From assembly GCA_040954595.2 (NCBI GenBank), contig CM082593.2, positions 9,805,200 through 9,869,199 on the forward strand: a stretch of 64,000 nucleotides of DNA, read 5' to 3'. The position numbers and the translations under genes are program-made. Within the stretch, counting starts at the first letter, position 1; the number at the start of each line of letters is the position of its first letter. Shown here piece by piece: positions 52,581 to 64,000 of this stretch. This DNA comes from Balanoglossus misakiensis (lineage: Eukaryota; Animalia; Hemichordata). The notes beneath the pieces are model-generated. The model saw only the letters and a list, made by a program, of their open reading frames with translations, made no database searches and was not told the origin of the DNA.

Positions 52581-55500
52581 GTGTTGCAAACACTTAACTT
52601 TGACATGGGTATAAAATGCCTACAGGGGGATTTAAAGTTGTCTGTAAATCCCTGGGTTAATACGTGTCCAAAAGCACTGTACTTTGACATTGCTAATGCA
52701 ACGATGACATTGAATCTGATTCTTTGCATCAGGGTAAATGGCGAAGCAAGGTTGATTATGCATCAGGGTAGATAGTGATGCAAGCTCTGCACTTTGACAT
52801 GGGTTTAAAATGCCTACAGGGGGATTTAAAGTTGTCTGTAAATCCCTGGGTTAATACGTGGCGGAAAGCACTGTACTTTGACATTGCATGGCGAAGCAAG
52901 CTCAATGATGCATCAGAGTAGATGGTGATGCAAACTCTGCACTTTCACATGGGTATTTAATGTTAAATGTAAATCCATAGGTTAATACGTGCCAAAAGCA
53001 CTCTAATTTGACATTGCTAATGCAACGATGACATTGAATCTGATTCTTTGCATCAGGCCAAATGGCGAAGCAAGGTTGATGATGCATCAGGATAGATAGT
53101 GATGCAATCACTTCACTTTGACATGGGTATTAAATGCATATGGGGATTTCAAATTGATGATAAATCCCTGGGTTAATACGTGTCCAAAAGCACTGTACTT
53201 TGACATTGCTAATGCAACGATGACATTGAATCTGATTCTTTGCATCAGGGTAAATGGCGTAGCAAGCTTTATGATGCATCAGGGTAGATAGTGATGCAAA
53301 CACTTCACTTTGACATGGGTATTAAATGCATATGGGGATTTCAGGTTGTTGAAAAATCTGTGGGTTAATACGTGTCCAAAAGCACTGTACTTTGACATTG
53401 CTAATGCAACGATGACATTGAATCTGATTCTTTGCATCTGGGCAAATGGCGAAGCAAGGTTGATGATGCATCAGGGTAGATAGTGATGCAATCACTTCAC
53501 TTTGACATGGGTATTAAATGCACATGGGGATTTCAGGTTGTTGAAAAATCTGTGGGTTAATACGTGTCCAAAAGCACTGTACTTTGACATTGCTAATGCA
53601 ACGATGACATTGAATCTGATTCTTTGCATCAGGGTAAATGGCGTAGCAAGCTTTATGACGCATCAGGGTAGATAGTGATGCAAACACTTCACTTTGACAT
53701 GGGTATTAAATGCATATGGGGATTTCAGGTTGTTGAAAAATCTGTGGGTTAATACGTGTCCAAAAGCACTGTACTTTGACATTGCTAATGCAATGATGAC
53801 ATTGAATCTGATTCTTTGCATCAGGGTAAATGGCGTAGCAAGCTTTATGACGCATCAGGGTAGATAGTGATGCAAACACTTCACTTTGACATGGGTATAA
53901 AATGCCTACAGGGGGATTTAAAGTTGTCTGTAAATCCCTGGGTTAATACGTGTCCAAAAGCACTGTACTTTGACATTGCTAATGCAGCGATGACATTGAA
54001 TCTGATTCTTTGCATCAGGGTAAATGGCGAAGCAAGGTTGATGATGCATCAGGGTAGATAGTGATGCAAGCTCTGCACTTTGACATGGGTATAAAATGCC
54101 TACAGGGGGATTTAAAGTTGTCTGTAAATCCCTGGGTTAATACGTGGCGGAAAGCACTGTACTTTGACATTGCATATGCAATGGTGACATTGAATGGGAT
54201 TCTTTGCATTAGGGCAAATGGCGAAGCAAGCTCAATGATGCATCAGAGTAGATGGTGATGCAAACTCTGCACTTTCACATGGGTATTTAATGTTAAATGT
54301 AAATCCATAGGTTAATACGTGGCCAAAAGCACTCTAATTTGACATTGCTAATGCAACGATGACATTGAATCTGATTCTTTGCATCAGGGCAAATGGCGAA
54401 GCAAGGTTGATGATGCATCAAGGTAGATAGTGATGCAATCACTTCACTTTGACATGGGTATTAAATGCATATGGGGATTTCAAGTTGATGATAAATCCCT
54501 AGGTTAATACGTGTCCAAAAGCACTGTACTTTGACATTGCTAATGTAACGATGACATTGAATATGATTCTTTGCATCAGGGTAAATGGCGTAGCAAGCTT
54601 TATGATGCATCAGGGTAAATAGTGGTGCAAACACTTCACTTTGACATGGGTATTAAATGCATATGGGGATTTCAGGTTGTTGAAAAATCTGTGGGTTAAT
54701 ACGTGTCGAAAAGCACTGTACTTTGACATTGCTAATGCAATGATGACATTGAATCTGATTCTTTGCATCAGGGTAAATGGCGTAGCAAGCTTTATGATGC
54801 ATCAGGGTAGATAGTGATGCAAACACTTCACTTTGACATGGGTATTAAATGCATATGGGTATTTCAGGTTGTTGAAAAATCTGTGGGTTAATACGTGTCG
54901 AAAAGCACTGTACTTTGACATTGCTAATGCAATGATGACATTGAATATAATTCTTTGCATCAGGGTAAATGGCGTAGCAAGCTTTATGATGCATCAGGGT
55001 AGATAGTGTTGCAAACACTTAACTTTGACATGGGTATAAAATGCCTACAGGGGGATTTAAAGTTGTCTGTAAATCCCTGGGTTAATACGTGTCCAAAAGC
55101 ACTGTACTTTGACATTGCTAATGCAACGATGACATTGAATCTGATTCTTTGCATCAGGGTAAATGGCGAAGCAAGGTTGATTATGCATCAGGGTAGATAG
55201 TGATGCAAGCTCTGCACTTTGACATGGGTTTAAAATGCCTACAGGGGGATTTAAAGTTGTCTGTAAATCCCTGGGTTAATACGTGGCGGAAAGCACTGTA
55301 CTTTGACATTGCATGGCGAAGCAAGCTCAATGATGCATCAGAGTAGATGGTGATGCAAACTCTGCACTTTCACATGGGTATTTAATGTTAAATGTAAATC
55401 CATAGGTTAATACGTGCCAAAAGCACTCTAATTTGACATTGCTAATGCAACGATGACATTGAATCTGATTCTTTGCATCAGGCCAAATGGCGAAGCAAGG

Positions 55501-58500
55501 TTGATGATGCATCAGGATAGATAGTGATGCAATCACTTCACTTTGACATGGGTATTAAATGCATATGGGGATTTCAAATTGATGATAAATCCCTGGGTTA
55601 ATACGTGTCCAAAAGCACTGTACTTTGACATTGCTAATGCAACGATGACATTGAATCTGATTCTTTGCATCAGGGTAAATGGCGTAGCAAGCTTTATGAT
55701 GCATCAGGGTAGATAGTGATGCAAACACTTCACTTTGACATGGGTATTAAATGCATATGGGGATTTCAGGTTGTTGAAAAATCTGTGGGTTAATACGTGT
55801 CCAAAAGCACTGTACTTTGACATTGCTAATGCAACGATGACATTGAATCTGATTCTTTGCATCTGGGCAAATGGCGAAGCAAGGTTGATGATGCATCAGG
55901 GTAGATAGTGATGCAATCACTTCACTTTGACATGGGTATTAAATGCACATGGGGATTTCAGGTTGTTGAAAAATCTGTGGGTTAATACGTGTCCAAAAGC
56001 ACTGTACTTTGACATTGCTAATGCAACGATGACATTGAATCTGATTCTTTGCATCAGGGTAAATGGCGTAGCAAGCTTTATGACGCATCAGGGTAGATAG
56101 TGATGCAAACACTTCACTTTGACATGGGTATTAAATGCATATGGGGATTTCAGGTTGTTGAAAAATCTGTGGGTTAATACGTGTCCAAAAGCACTGTACT
56201 TTGACATTGCTAATGCAATGATGACATTGAATCTGATTCTTTGCATCAGGGTAAATGGCGTAGCAAGCTTTATGACGCATCAGGGTAGATAGTGATGCAA
56301 ACACTTCACTTTGACATGGGTATAAAATGCCTACAGGGGGATTTAAAGTTGTCTGTAAATCCCTGGGTTAATACGTGTCCAAAAGCACTGTACTTTGACA
56401 TTGCTAATGCAGCGATGACATTGAATCTGATTCTTTGCATCAGGGTAAATGGCGAAGCAAGGTTGATGATGCATCAGGGTAGATAGTGATGCAAGCTCTG
56501 CACTTTGACATGGGTATAAAATGCCTACAGGGGGATTTAAAGTTGTCTGTAAATCCCTGGGTTAATACGTGGCGGAAAGCACTGTACTTTGACATTGCAT
56601 ATGCAATGGTGACATTGAATGGGATTCTTTGCATTAGGGCAAATGGCGAAGCAAGCTCAATGATGCATCAGAGTAGATGGTGATGCAAACTCTGCACTTT
56701 CACATGGGTATTTAATGTTAAATGTAAATCCATAGGTTAATACGTGGCCAAAAGCACTCTAATTTGACATTGCTAATGCAACGATGACATTGAATCTGAT
56801 TCTTTGCATCAGGGCAAATGGCGAAGCAAGGTTGATGATGCATCAAGGTAGATAGTGATGCAATCACTTCACTTTGACATGGGTATTAAATGCATATGGG
56901 GATTTCAAGTTGATGATAAATCCCTAGGTTAATACGTGTCCAAAAGCACTGTACTTTGACATTGCTAATGTAACGATGACATTGAATATGATTCTTTGCA
57001 TCAGGGTAAATGGCGTAGCAAGCTTTATGATGCATCAGGGTAAATAGTGGTGCAAACACTTCACTTTGACATGGGTATTAAATGCATATGGGGATTTCAG
57101 GTTGTTGAAAAATCTGTGGGTTAATACGTGTCGAAAAGCACTGTACTTTGACATTGCTAATGCAATGATGACATTGAATCTGATTCTTTGCATCAGGGTA
57201 AATGGCGTAGCAAGCTTTATGATGCATCAGGGTAGATAGTGATGCAAACACTTCACTTTGACATGGGTATTAAATGCATATGGGTATTTCAGGTTGTTGA
57301 AAAATCTGTGGGTTAATACGTGTCGAAAAGCACTGTACTTTGACATTGCTAATGCAATGATGACATTGAATATAATTCTTTGCATCAGGGTAAATGGCGT
57401 AGCAAGCTTTATGATGCATCAGGGTAGATAGTGTTGCAAACACTTAACTTTGACATGGGTATAAAATGCCTACAGGGGGATTTAAAGTTGTCTGTAAATC
57501 CCTGGGTTAATACGTGTCCAAAAGCACTGTACTTTGACATTGCTAATGCAACGATGACATTGAATCTGATTCTTTGCATCAGGGTAAATGGCGAAGCAAG
57601 GTTGATTATGCATCAGGGTAGATAGTGATGCAAGCTCTGCACTTTGACATGGGTTTAAAATGCCTACAGGGGGATTTAAAGTTGTCTGTAAATCCCTGGG
57701 TTAATACGTGGCGGAAAGCACTGTACTTTGACATTGCATGGCGAAGCAAGCTCAATGATGCATCAGAGTAGATGGTGATGCAAACTCTGCACTTTCACAT
57801 GGGTATTTAATGTTAAATGTAAATCCATAGGTTAATACGTGCCAAAAGCACTCTAATTTGACATTGCTAATGCAACGATGACATTGAATCTGATTCTTTG
57901 CATCAGGCCAAATGGCGAAGCAAGGTTGATGATGCATCAGGATAGATAGTGATGCAATCACTTCACTTTGACATGGGTATTAAATGCATATGGGGATTTC
58001 AAATTGATGATAAATCCCTGGGTTAATACGTGTCCAAAAGCACTGTACTTTGACATTGCTAATGCAACGATGACATTGAATCTGATTCTTTGCATCAGGG
58101 TAAATGGCGTAGCAAGCTTTATGATGCATCAGGGTAGATAGTGATGCAAACACTTCACTTTGACATGGGTATTAAATGCATATGGGGATTTCAGGTTGTT
58201 GAAAAATCTGTGGGTTAATACGTGTCCAAAAGCACTGTACTTTGACATTGCTAATGCAACGATGACATTGAATCTGATTCTTTGCATCTGGGCAAATGGC
58301 GAAGCAAGGTTGATGATGCATCAGGGTAGATAGTGATGCAATCACTTCACTTTGACATGGGTATTAAATGCACATGGGGATTTCAGGTTGTTGAAAAATC
58401 TGTGGGTTAATACGTGTCCAAAAGCACTGTACTTTGACATTGCTAATGCAACGATGACATTGAATCTGATTCTTTGCATCAGGGTAAATGGCGTAGCAAG

Positions 58501-59100
58501 CTTTATGACGCATCAGGGTAGATAGTGATGCAAACACTTCACTTTGACATGGGTATTAAATGCATATGGGGATTTCAGGTTGTTGAAAAATCTGTGGGTT
58601 AATACGTGTCCAAAAGCACTGTACTTTGACATTGCTAATGCAATGATGACATTGAATCTGATTCTTTGCATCAGGGTAAATGGCGTAGCAAGCTTTATGA
58701 CGCATCAGGGTAGATAGTGATGCAAACACTTCACTTTGACATGGGTATAAAATGCCTACAGGGGGATTTAAAGTTGTCTGTAAATCCCTGGGTTAATACG
58801 TGTCCAAAAGCACTGTACTTTGACATTGCTAATGCAGCGATGACATTGAATCTGATTCTTTGCATCAGGGTAAATGGCGAAGCAAGGTTGATGATGCATC
58901 AGGGTAGATAGTGATGCAAGCTCTGCACTTTGACATGGGTATAAAATGCCTACAGGGGGATTTAAAGTTGTCTGTAAATCCCTGGGTTAATACGTGGCTG
59001 AAAGCACTGTACTTTGACATTGCATATGCAATGGTGACATTGAATGGGATTCTTTGCATTAGGGCAAATGGCGAAGCAAGCTCAATGATGCATCAGAGTA
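52581..59100. repeat. 2425-bp 13-monomer HOR, ~2.7 near-identical copies
   Basis: 194+150+174+4x192+194+194+175+3x192=2425. Private markers recur at exact 2425-bp spacing (44-bp deletion gacattgcat|ggcgaag, gtgccaaaag, tccctagg, tataattctt). Confidence 0.92.
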
Positions 59101-62094
59101 GATGGTGATGCAAACTCTGCACTTTGACATGGGTATTAAATGCATATGGGGATTTCAGGTTGTTGAAAAATCTGTGGGTTAATACGTGTCCAAAAGCATT
59201 GTACTTTGACATTGCTAATGCAATGATGACATTGAATCTGATTCTTTGCATCAGGGTAAATGGCGAAGCAAGGTTGATGATGCATCAGGGTAGATAGTGA
59301 TGCAATCACTTCACTTTGACATGGGTATTAAATGAATATGGGGATTTCAAGTTGATGATAAATCCCTGGGTTAATACGTGTCCAAAAGCACTGTACTTTG
59401 ACATTGCTAATGTAACGATGACATTGAATCTGGTTCTTTGCATCAGGGCAAATGGCGAAGCAAGGTTGATGATGCATCAGGATAGATAGTGATGCAATCA
59501 CTTCACTTTGACATGGGTATTAAATGCATATGGGGATTTCAAGTTGATGATAAATCCCTGGGTTAATACGTGTCCAAAAGCACTGTACTTTGACATTGCT
59601 AATGTAACGATGACATTGAATCTGATTCTTTGCATCAGGGTAAATGGCGTAGCAAGCTTTATGATGCATCAGGGTAGATAGTGATGCAAGCTCTGCACTT
59701 TGACATGGGTATAAAATGCCTACAGGGGGATTTAAAGGTGACTGTAAATCCCTGGGTTAATACGTGGCGGAAAGCACTGTACTTTGACATTGCATATGCA
59801 ATGGTGACATTGAATGGGATTCTTTGCATTAGGGCAAATGGCGAAGCAAGCTCAATGATGCATCAGAGTAGATGGTGATGCAAACTCTACACTTTCACAT
59901 GGGTATTTAATGTTAAATGTAAATCCATAGGTTAATACTTGGCCAAAAGCACTCTAATTTGACATTGCTAATGCAACGATGACATTGAATCTGATTCTTT
60001 GCATCAGGGCAAATGGCGAAGCAAGCTTTATGATGCATCAGGGTAGATAGTGATGCAAACACTTCACTTTGACATGGGTATTAAATGCATATGGGGATTT
60101 CAAGTAGATGATAAATCCCTGGGTTAATACGTGTCCAAAAGCACTGTACTTTGACATTGCTAATGCAACGATGACATTGAATCTGATTCTTTGCATCAGG
60201 GTAAATGGCGAAGCAAGGTTGATGATGCATCAGGGTAGATAGTGATGCAAGCTCTGCACTTGAACTTGGGTATAAAATGCCTACAGGGGGATTTAAAGGT
60301 GACTGTAAATCCCCAGTTTAATACGTGGCGGAAAGCACTGTACTTTGACATTGCTAATGCAATGGTGACATTGAATGTAATTCTTTGCGTTAGGGCAAAT
60401 GGCGAAGCAAGCTCAATGACGCATCAGAGTAGATGGTGATGCAAACACTTCACTTTGACATGGGTATTAAATGCATATGGGGATTTCAAGTTGTTGAAAA
60501 ATCCATAGGTTAATACTTGGCCAAAAGCACTCTAATTTGACATTGCTAATGCAACGATGACATTGAATCTGATTCTTTGCATCAGGGCAAATGGCGAAGC
60601 AAGCTTTATGATGCATCAGAGTAGATGGTGATGCAAGCTCTGCACTTTGACATAGGTTTTCAATGCATATGCATGGGTATTTAAAATTGACTGTAAATCC
60701 CTGGGTTAATACATGGCCAAAAGCACTGTAATTGCTAATGCAACAGTGATTTTAATTATGATCTTTTGCATCAGGGTAAAAGGCGAAGCAAGCTTGATGA
60801 TGCATCTGGGAAGATGGTGTTTCAAGCCCTTCACTTTGACATTGGAATATAATGCATAAGTGGATTTAAAGTTGATTGTAAATGCCCAGTTTAATACGTG
60901 TCCAAAAGCACTGTACTTTGACATTGCTAATGCAACGATGACATTGAATCTGATTCTTTGCATCAGGGTAAATGGCGAAGCAAGCTTGATGATGCATCAG
61001 GGTAGATAGTGATGCAATCACTACACTTTGACATGGGTATTAAATGCATATGGGGATTTCAAGCTGATGATAAATCCCTGGGTTAATACGTGTCCAAAAG
61101 CACTGTAATTTGACATTGCTAATGCAATGGTGACATTGGATGTGATTCTTTGCATTAGGGCAAATGGCGAAGCAAGCTCAATGATGCATCAGAGTAGATG
61201 GTGATGCAAACTCTGCACTTTCACATGGGTATTTAATGTTAAAGTGAACCGACACCTTCCTTGTAGAGAGATTCTAATAAAATCTTTGTGAAAAACATGA
61301 GTGATTTGCGTCGTTTTTATTCACTTTCACTTATCGCGCAGCAGCGTAGCGTCGATCTCGATATGCAGCGTGACGTCACAAACTAGTCACCAGTAGCAGA
61401 CGCCACCGTGCGCACGCTAACGTACACAGACAGTTGACATGGGTGGCTGCCTCGCAAGTGGGAGCAAAAACAGAGTTGGCAAAAACACGGCGAAAGGTTT
61501 TATAAAAGTTCCCGACCCTTTAGGGACAGTCAAAATGCAAATTGAGCTGGAAATTGGGTGTCAAACATTGGCATATTATTTCGGTGCTTATTGCTGAGAC
61601 AGATGATACTTTTGCTTCGGAAATGTTCGTGTTCAACTAGGCCCTATATCGTGAAGCATATTGCAAAAAAAAACTACACAGCAAAAATTGTCGAAACAGC
61701 CGGGGCTCCTGATTACCTTTGATCACCATATGACGAAACCGATTTTTTGGCACTGTAAATCAAAACTCTGATCGGAAGAAAGTAGTGTGGCGGAAATAGG
61801 CCTACTAGTGAACACTGTGTTTGTCGCGTACCCAAGCTGTGAATGCATCGCAAAACCATTTCCAAAGACAAAAACGACCACCTCTACCATCTGGAAGCAC
61901 CACAGATGTACTCGAAACATGACAATCGGAGTTTCTGCCTCCCTTTGATCAACAAAGCCGCATCTTTTCACAGCTGTTGATCAACGTAAAGGATGGTAGA
62001 CACGTGTGGTAGACATTTTCGCGAGAGTGTCAATAGGTTTACTTTCTATTCTTTTGGGAAATCACGAGGGTGCCTATTATGACATGGGTGACTA

Positions 62095-62403
62095 AATGTC
62101 AAAAATTATCGCATGGCTTCGTGATATGTCGTTCAAGTCTTTATCTAACGGCCTTGTCAAGAAATCTATTTCATGGCAGCACCGGCATTCCTTGACAGTA
62201 GAAATAACTTCGCATTTACCGCAGCGCAGCTACACCATGAGCGTGATGAAAGACGAAGCCGATCACTCTTCTCGATCGTCTTTGCTGTCTACACTTGCCT
62301 CTGTACTATTGGAATCAGTTTCACTTGAGTCGCCTACCATCTCATCGCTGCTGTATTCGGGTTCGTACAACAATCCGACGATATCTTCGTTTGAAAACTC
62401 CAT
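62095..62403 (-). pseudogene. Disrupted KolX / P2X7 cytoplasmic-ballast-like Cys-rich protein, N-terminal part
   Basis: MEFSNEDIVGLLYEPEYSSDE and an acidic tract come first. Removing a 5-bp GCTGC duplication (62221-62230) then gives WCSCGKCEVISTVKECRCCHEI at 62170-62237. Stops and frameshifts are present. Confidence 0.65.
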
Positions 62404-62577
62404 ATCGCGTGGTCGTTTTTGTCTTTGGAAATGGTTTTGCGATGCATTCACAGCTTGGGTACGCGACAAAAACAGTGTTCACAAGTAGGACTATTTCCGC
62501 CACACTACTTTCTTCCGATCAGAGTTTTGATTTACAGTGCCAAAAATTCGGTTTCGTCATATGGTGATCAAAGGAAA

Positions 62578-62853
62578 TCAGGAGCCCCGGCTGTTTCGAC
62601 AATTTTTGCTGTGTAGTTTTTTTTTTGCAATATGCTTCACGATATAGGGCCTAGTTGAACACGAACATTTCCGAAGCAAAAGTATCATCTGTCTCAGCAA
62701 TAAGCACCGAAATAATATGCCAATGTTTGACACCCATTTTTCAGCTCGATTTGCATTTTGACTGTCCACCGAAGGGTCGGGAACTTTTATAAAACCTTTC
62801 GCCGTGTTTTTGCCAACTCTGTTTTTGCTCCCACTTGCGAGGCAGCCAGCCAT
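62578..62853 (-). pseudogene. Degenerate THAP-domain N-terminal fragment inside the TIR (frameshifted mirror copy from 61439 on +)
   Basis: MAGCLASGSKN..GFIKVPDP..NRAEKWVSNIG has THAP-like C, F..P and R..W spacing. The second Cys is replaced by Ser and the CxxH half is missing. Confidence 0.45.
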
Positions 62854-63436
62854 GTCAACTGTCTATGTACGTTAGCGTGCGCACGGTGGCGTCTGCTACT
62901 GGTGACTAGTTTGTGACGTCACACTGCATATCGAGATCGACGCTACGCTGCTGCGCGATAAGTGAAAGTGAATAAAAACGACGCAAATCACTCATGTTTT
63001 TCACAAAGATTTTATTAGGAATCTCTCTACAAGGAAGGTGTCGGTTCACTTTAAATGTAAATCCATAGGTTAATACTTGGCCAAAAGCACTCTAATTTGA
63101 CATTGCTAATGCAACGATGACATTGAATCTGATTCTTTGCATCAGGGCAAATGGCGAAGCAAGGTTGATGATGCATCAGGGTAGATAGTGATGCAATCAC
63201 TTCACTTTGACATGGGTATTAAATGCATATGTGGATTTCAAGTTGATTGTAAATGCCCAGTTTAATACGTGTCCAATTGCACTGTACTTCGACATTGCTA
63301 ATGCAACGATGACATTGAATCTGATTCTTTGCATCAGGGCAAATGGCGAAGCAAGCTCAATGATGCATCAGAGTAGATGGTGATGCAAGCTCTGCACTTT
63401 GACATAGGTATTTAATGCATATGCATGGGTATTTAA

Positions 63437-64000
63437 GATGGGTCCCCCGGTTCTTTTTGCTCGTTGCTATGGGCCTTTGTAGGACATTACACCCCGATTT
63501 GGGCTAAGCCGTTTTCAGAGTCTAACACGGGGCCGGTAACTAGTTAAAAATCTGCACGATTGTGAGCGCGCGCCCCCTGACGCAATTGATATGCAAATTA
63601 GCTAGGTCAAATTTCAAAAGCCTAAGGCTTTTTATTCCGTGACCTCAAAAACGAACTTGATACGTATTCATTAGTTGCTTGAACCAGGGAAGATCGTGAC
63701 GGATTTTGATTTCGAATATTATCGTTGTATCCTACGATTTCAGCATACCCGTACCACACCTGAAAAAGTCATCGATTTTGGGTGATTTTGGACACACTCT
63801 TCCACCGGTATCGCTTCTTAGCACGACGAAAACCGAAAAAACGATCCGTCACACTGTGCGGAAGTGCGTTCTCAACAAGCAGGTCAAATTTGACTGGCGT
63901 ACGTGGCTATGAAAAAAGCCTTAGGGATTTTCGTGAACGGTACAAAATCTCTGTGTACAAAACATTGGATTTTTAGCGTTCGATCCAGTTACTCTGGTTA
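63437..64000. mobile_element. Left end of another insertion starting after TTAA (Kolobok-like), running off the window
   Basis: The monomer atgcatgggtatTTAA (63433-63436) breaks into GATGGGTCCCCC and CpG-rich non-satellite sequence. The uninterrupted version is at ~60670-60690. The right end is not visible. Confidence 0.55.

Larger units (their letters stand above)
61243..63050. mobile_element. Non-autonomous Kolobok-like DNA transposon with ~640-bp terminal inverted repeats
   Basis: TTAA TSD at 61239-61242 and 63051-63054. Termini are AG..CT (RR..YY, not the CC..GG of piggyBac). Arm 61243-61881 is inverted to 62409-63050 around a 527-bp spacer. Confidence 0.88.
22070..63436. repeat. Satellite DNA array: five monomer types (194, 194, 175, 192, 192 bp) forming a 947-bp HOR, with larger HORs
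   Basis: Continuous head-to-tail monomers (cactttgacatggg..gcactgtactttgacattgc..tgatgcatcagggtagatag). ORF-track spacings are 194, 753, 947 (44885/45832/46779/47726/48673) and 2425 (52581/55006/57431). The edges are more divergent. Confidence 0.98.

Noticed and set aside
22570-60963. Dozens of near-identical 64-69-aa ORFs suggesting a tandem peptide gene family
   Set aside because: Each is one satellite monomer read from a GTG start. The 192- and 175-bp monomers break the frame, and there is no recognisable domain or gene structure.
61243-63050. piggyBac assignment from the TTAA TSD
   Set aside because: The termini are AG..CT rather than CC..GG, and the relic peptides fit Kolobok better.
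22070-63436. CRISPR array or repeat-spacer system
   Set aside because: There are no unique spacers, the units are contiguous 175-194-bp monomers, no cas genes are present, and the context is eukaryotic repeat DNA.
22070-63436. Hammerhead ribozyme in the monomer
   Set aside because: Only TTGATGA (+) and CTGATGC (-) occur. I found no CUGANGA plus GAAA core with supporting helices.

Overview
Non-coding, repeat-saturated eukaryotic DNA, probably from an invertebrate animal (taxon not determinable here). No host gene, rRNA, intact tRNA or CRISPR is supported. Bases 1-22,069 are a mosaic of decayed interspersed and tandem repeats. These include a ~150-bp degenerate array, a triplicated ~1.33-kb segment, concatenated 3' parts of a Helentron-like element, a hairpin-ended insertion, a 5'-truncated L2/CR1-type LINE and a 54-55-bp minisatellite. 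Bases 22,070-63,436 are a ~41-kb satellite of 175-194-bp monomers arranged in 947-, 1,894- and 2,425-bp higher-order repeats, starting just after a tRNA-like A/B-box head. Four different mobile elements interrupt the satellite, each with at least one junction at TTAA. They are (1) a 655-bp hairpin-ended element, (2) an internally deleted Ngaro/DIRS-type retrotransposon whose gag-like ORF abuts a tyrosine-recombinase tail, (3) a 1.8-kb Kolobok-like foldback element with ~640-bp inverted arms, a THAP-like fragment and a P2X7-ballast/KolX-like Cys cluster, and (4) the left end of another TTAA element. The many 64-65-aa ORFs in the satellite are artefacts of the repeat. All family assignments come from motifs read by eye, not from database searches.
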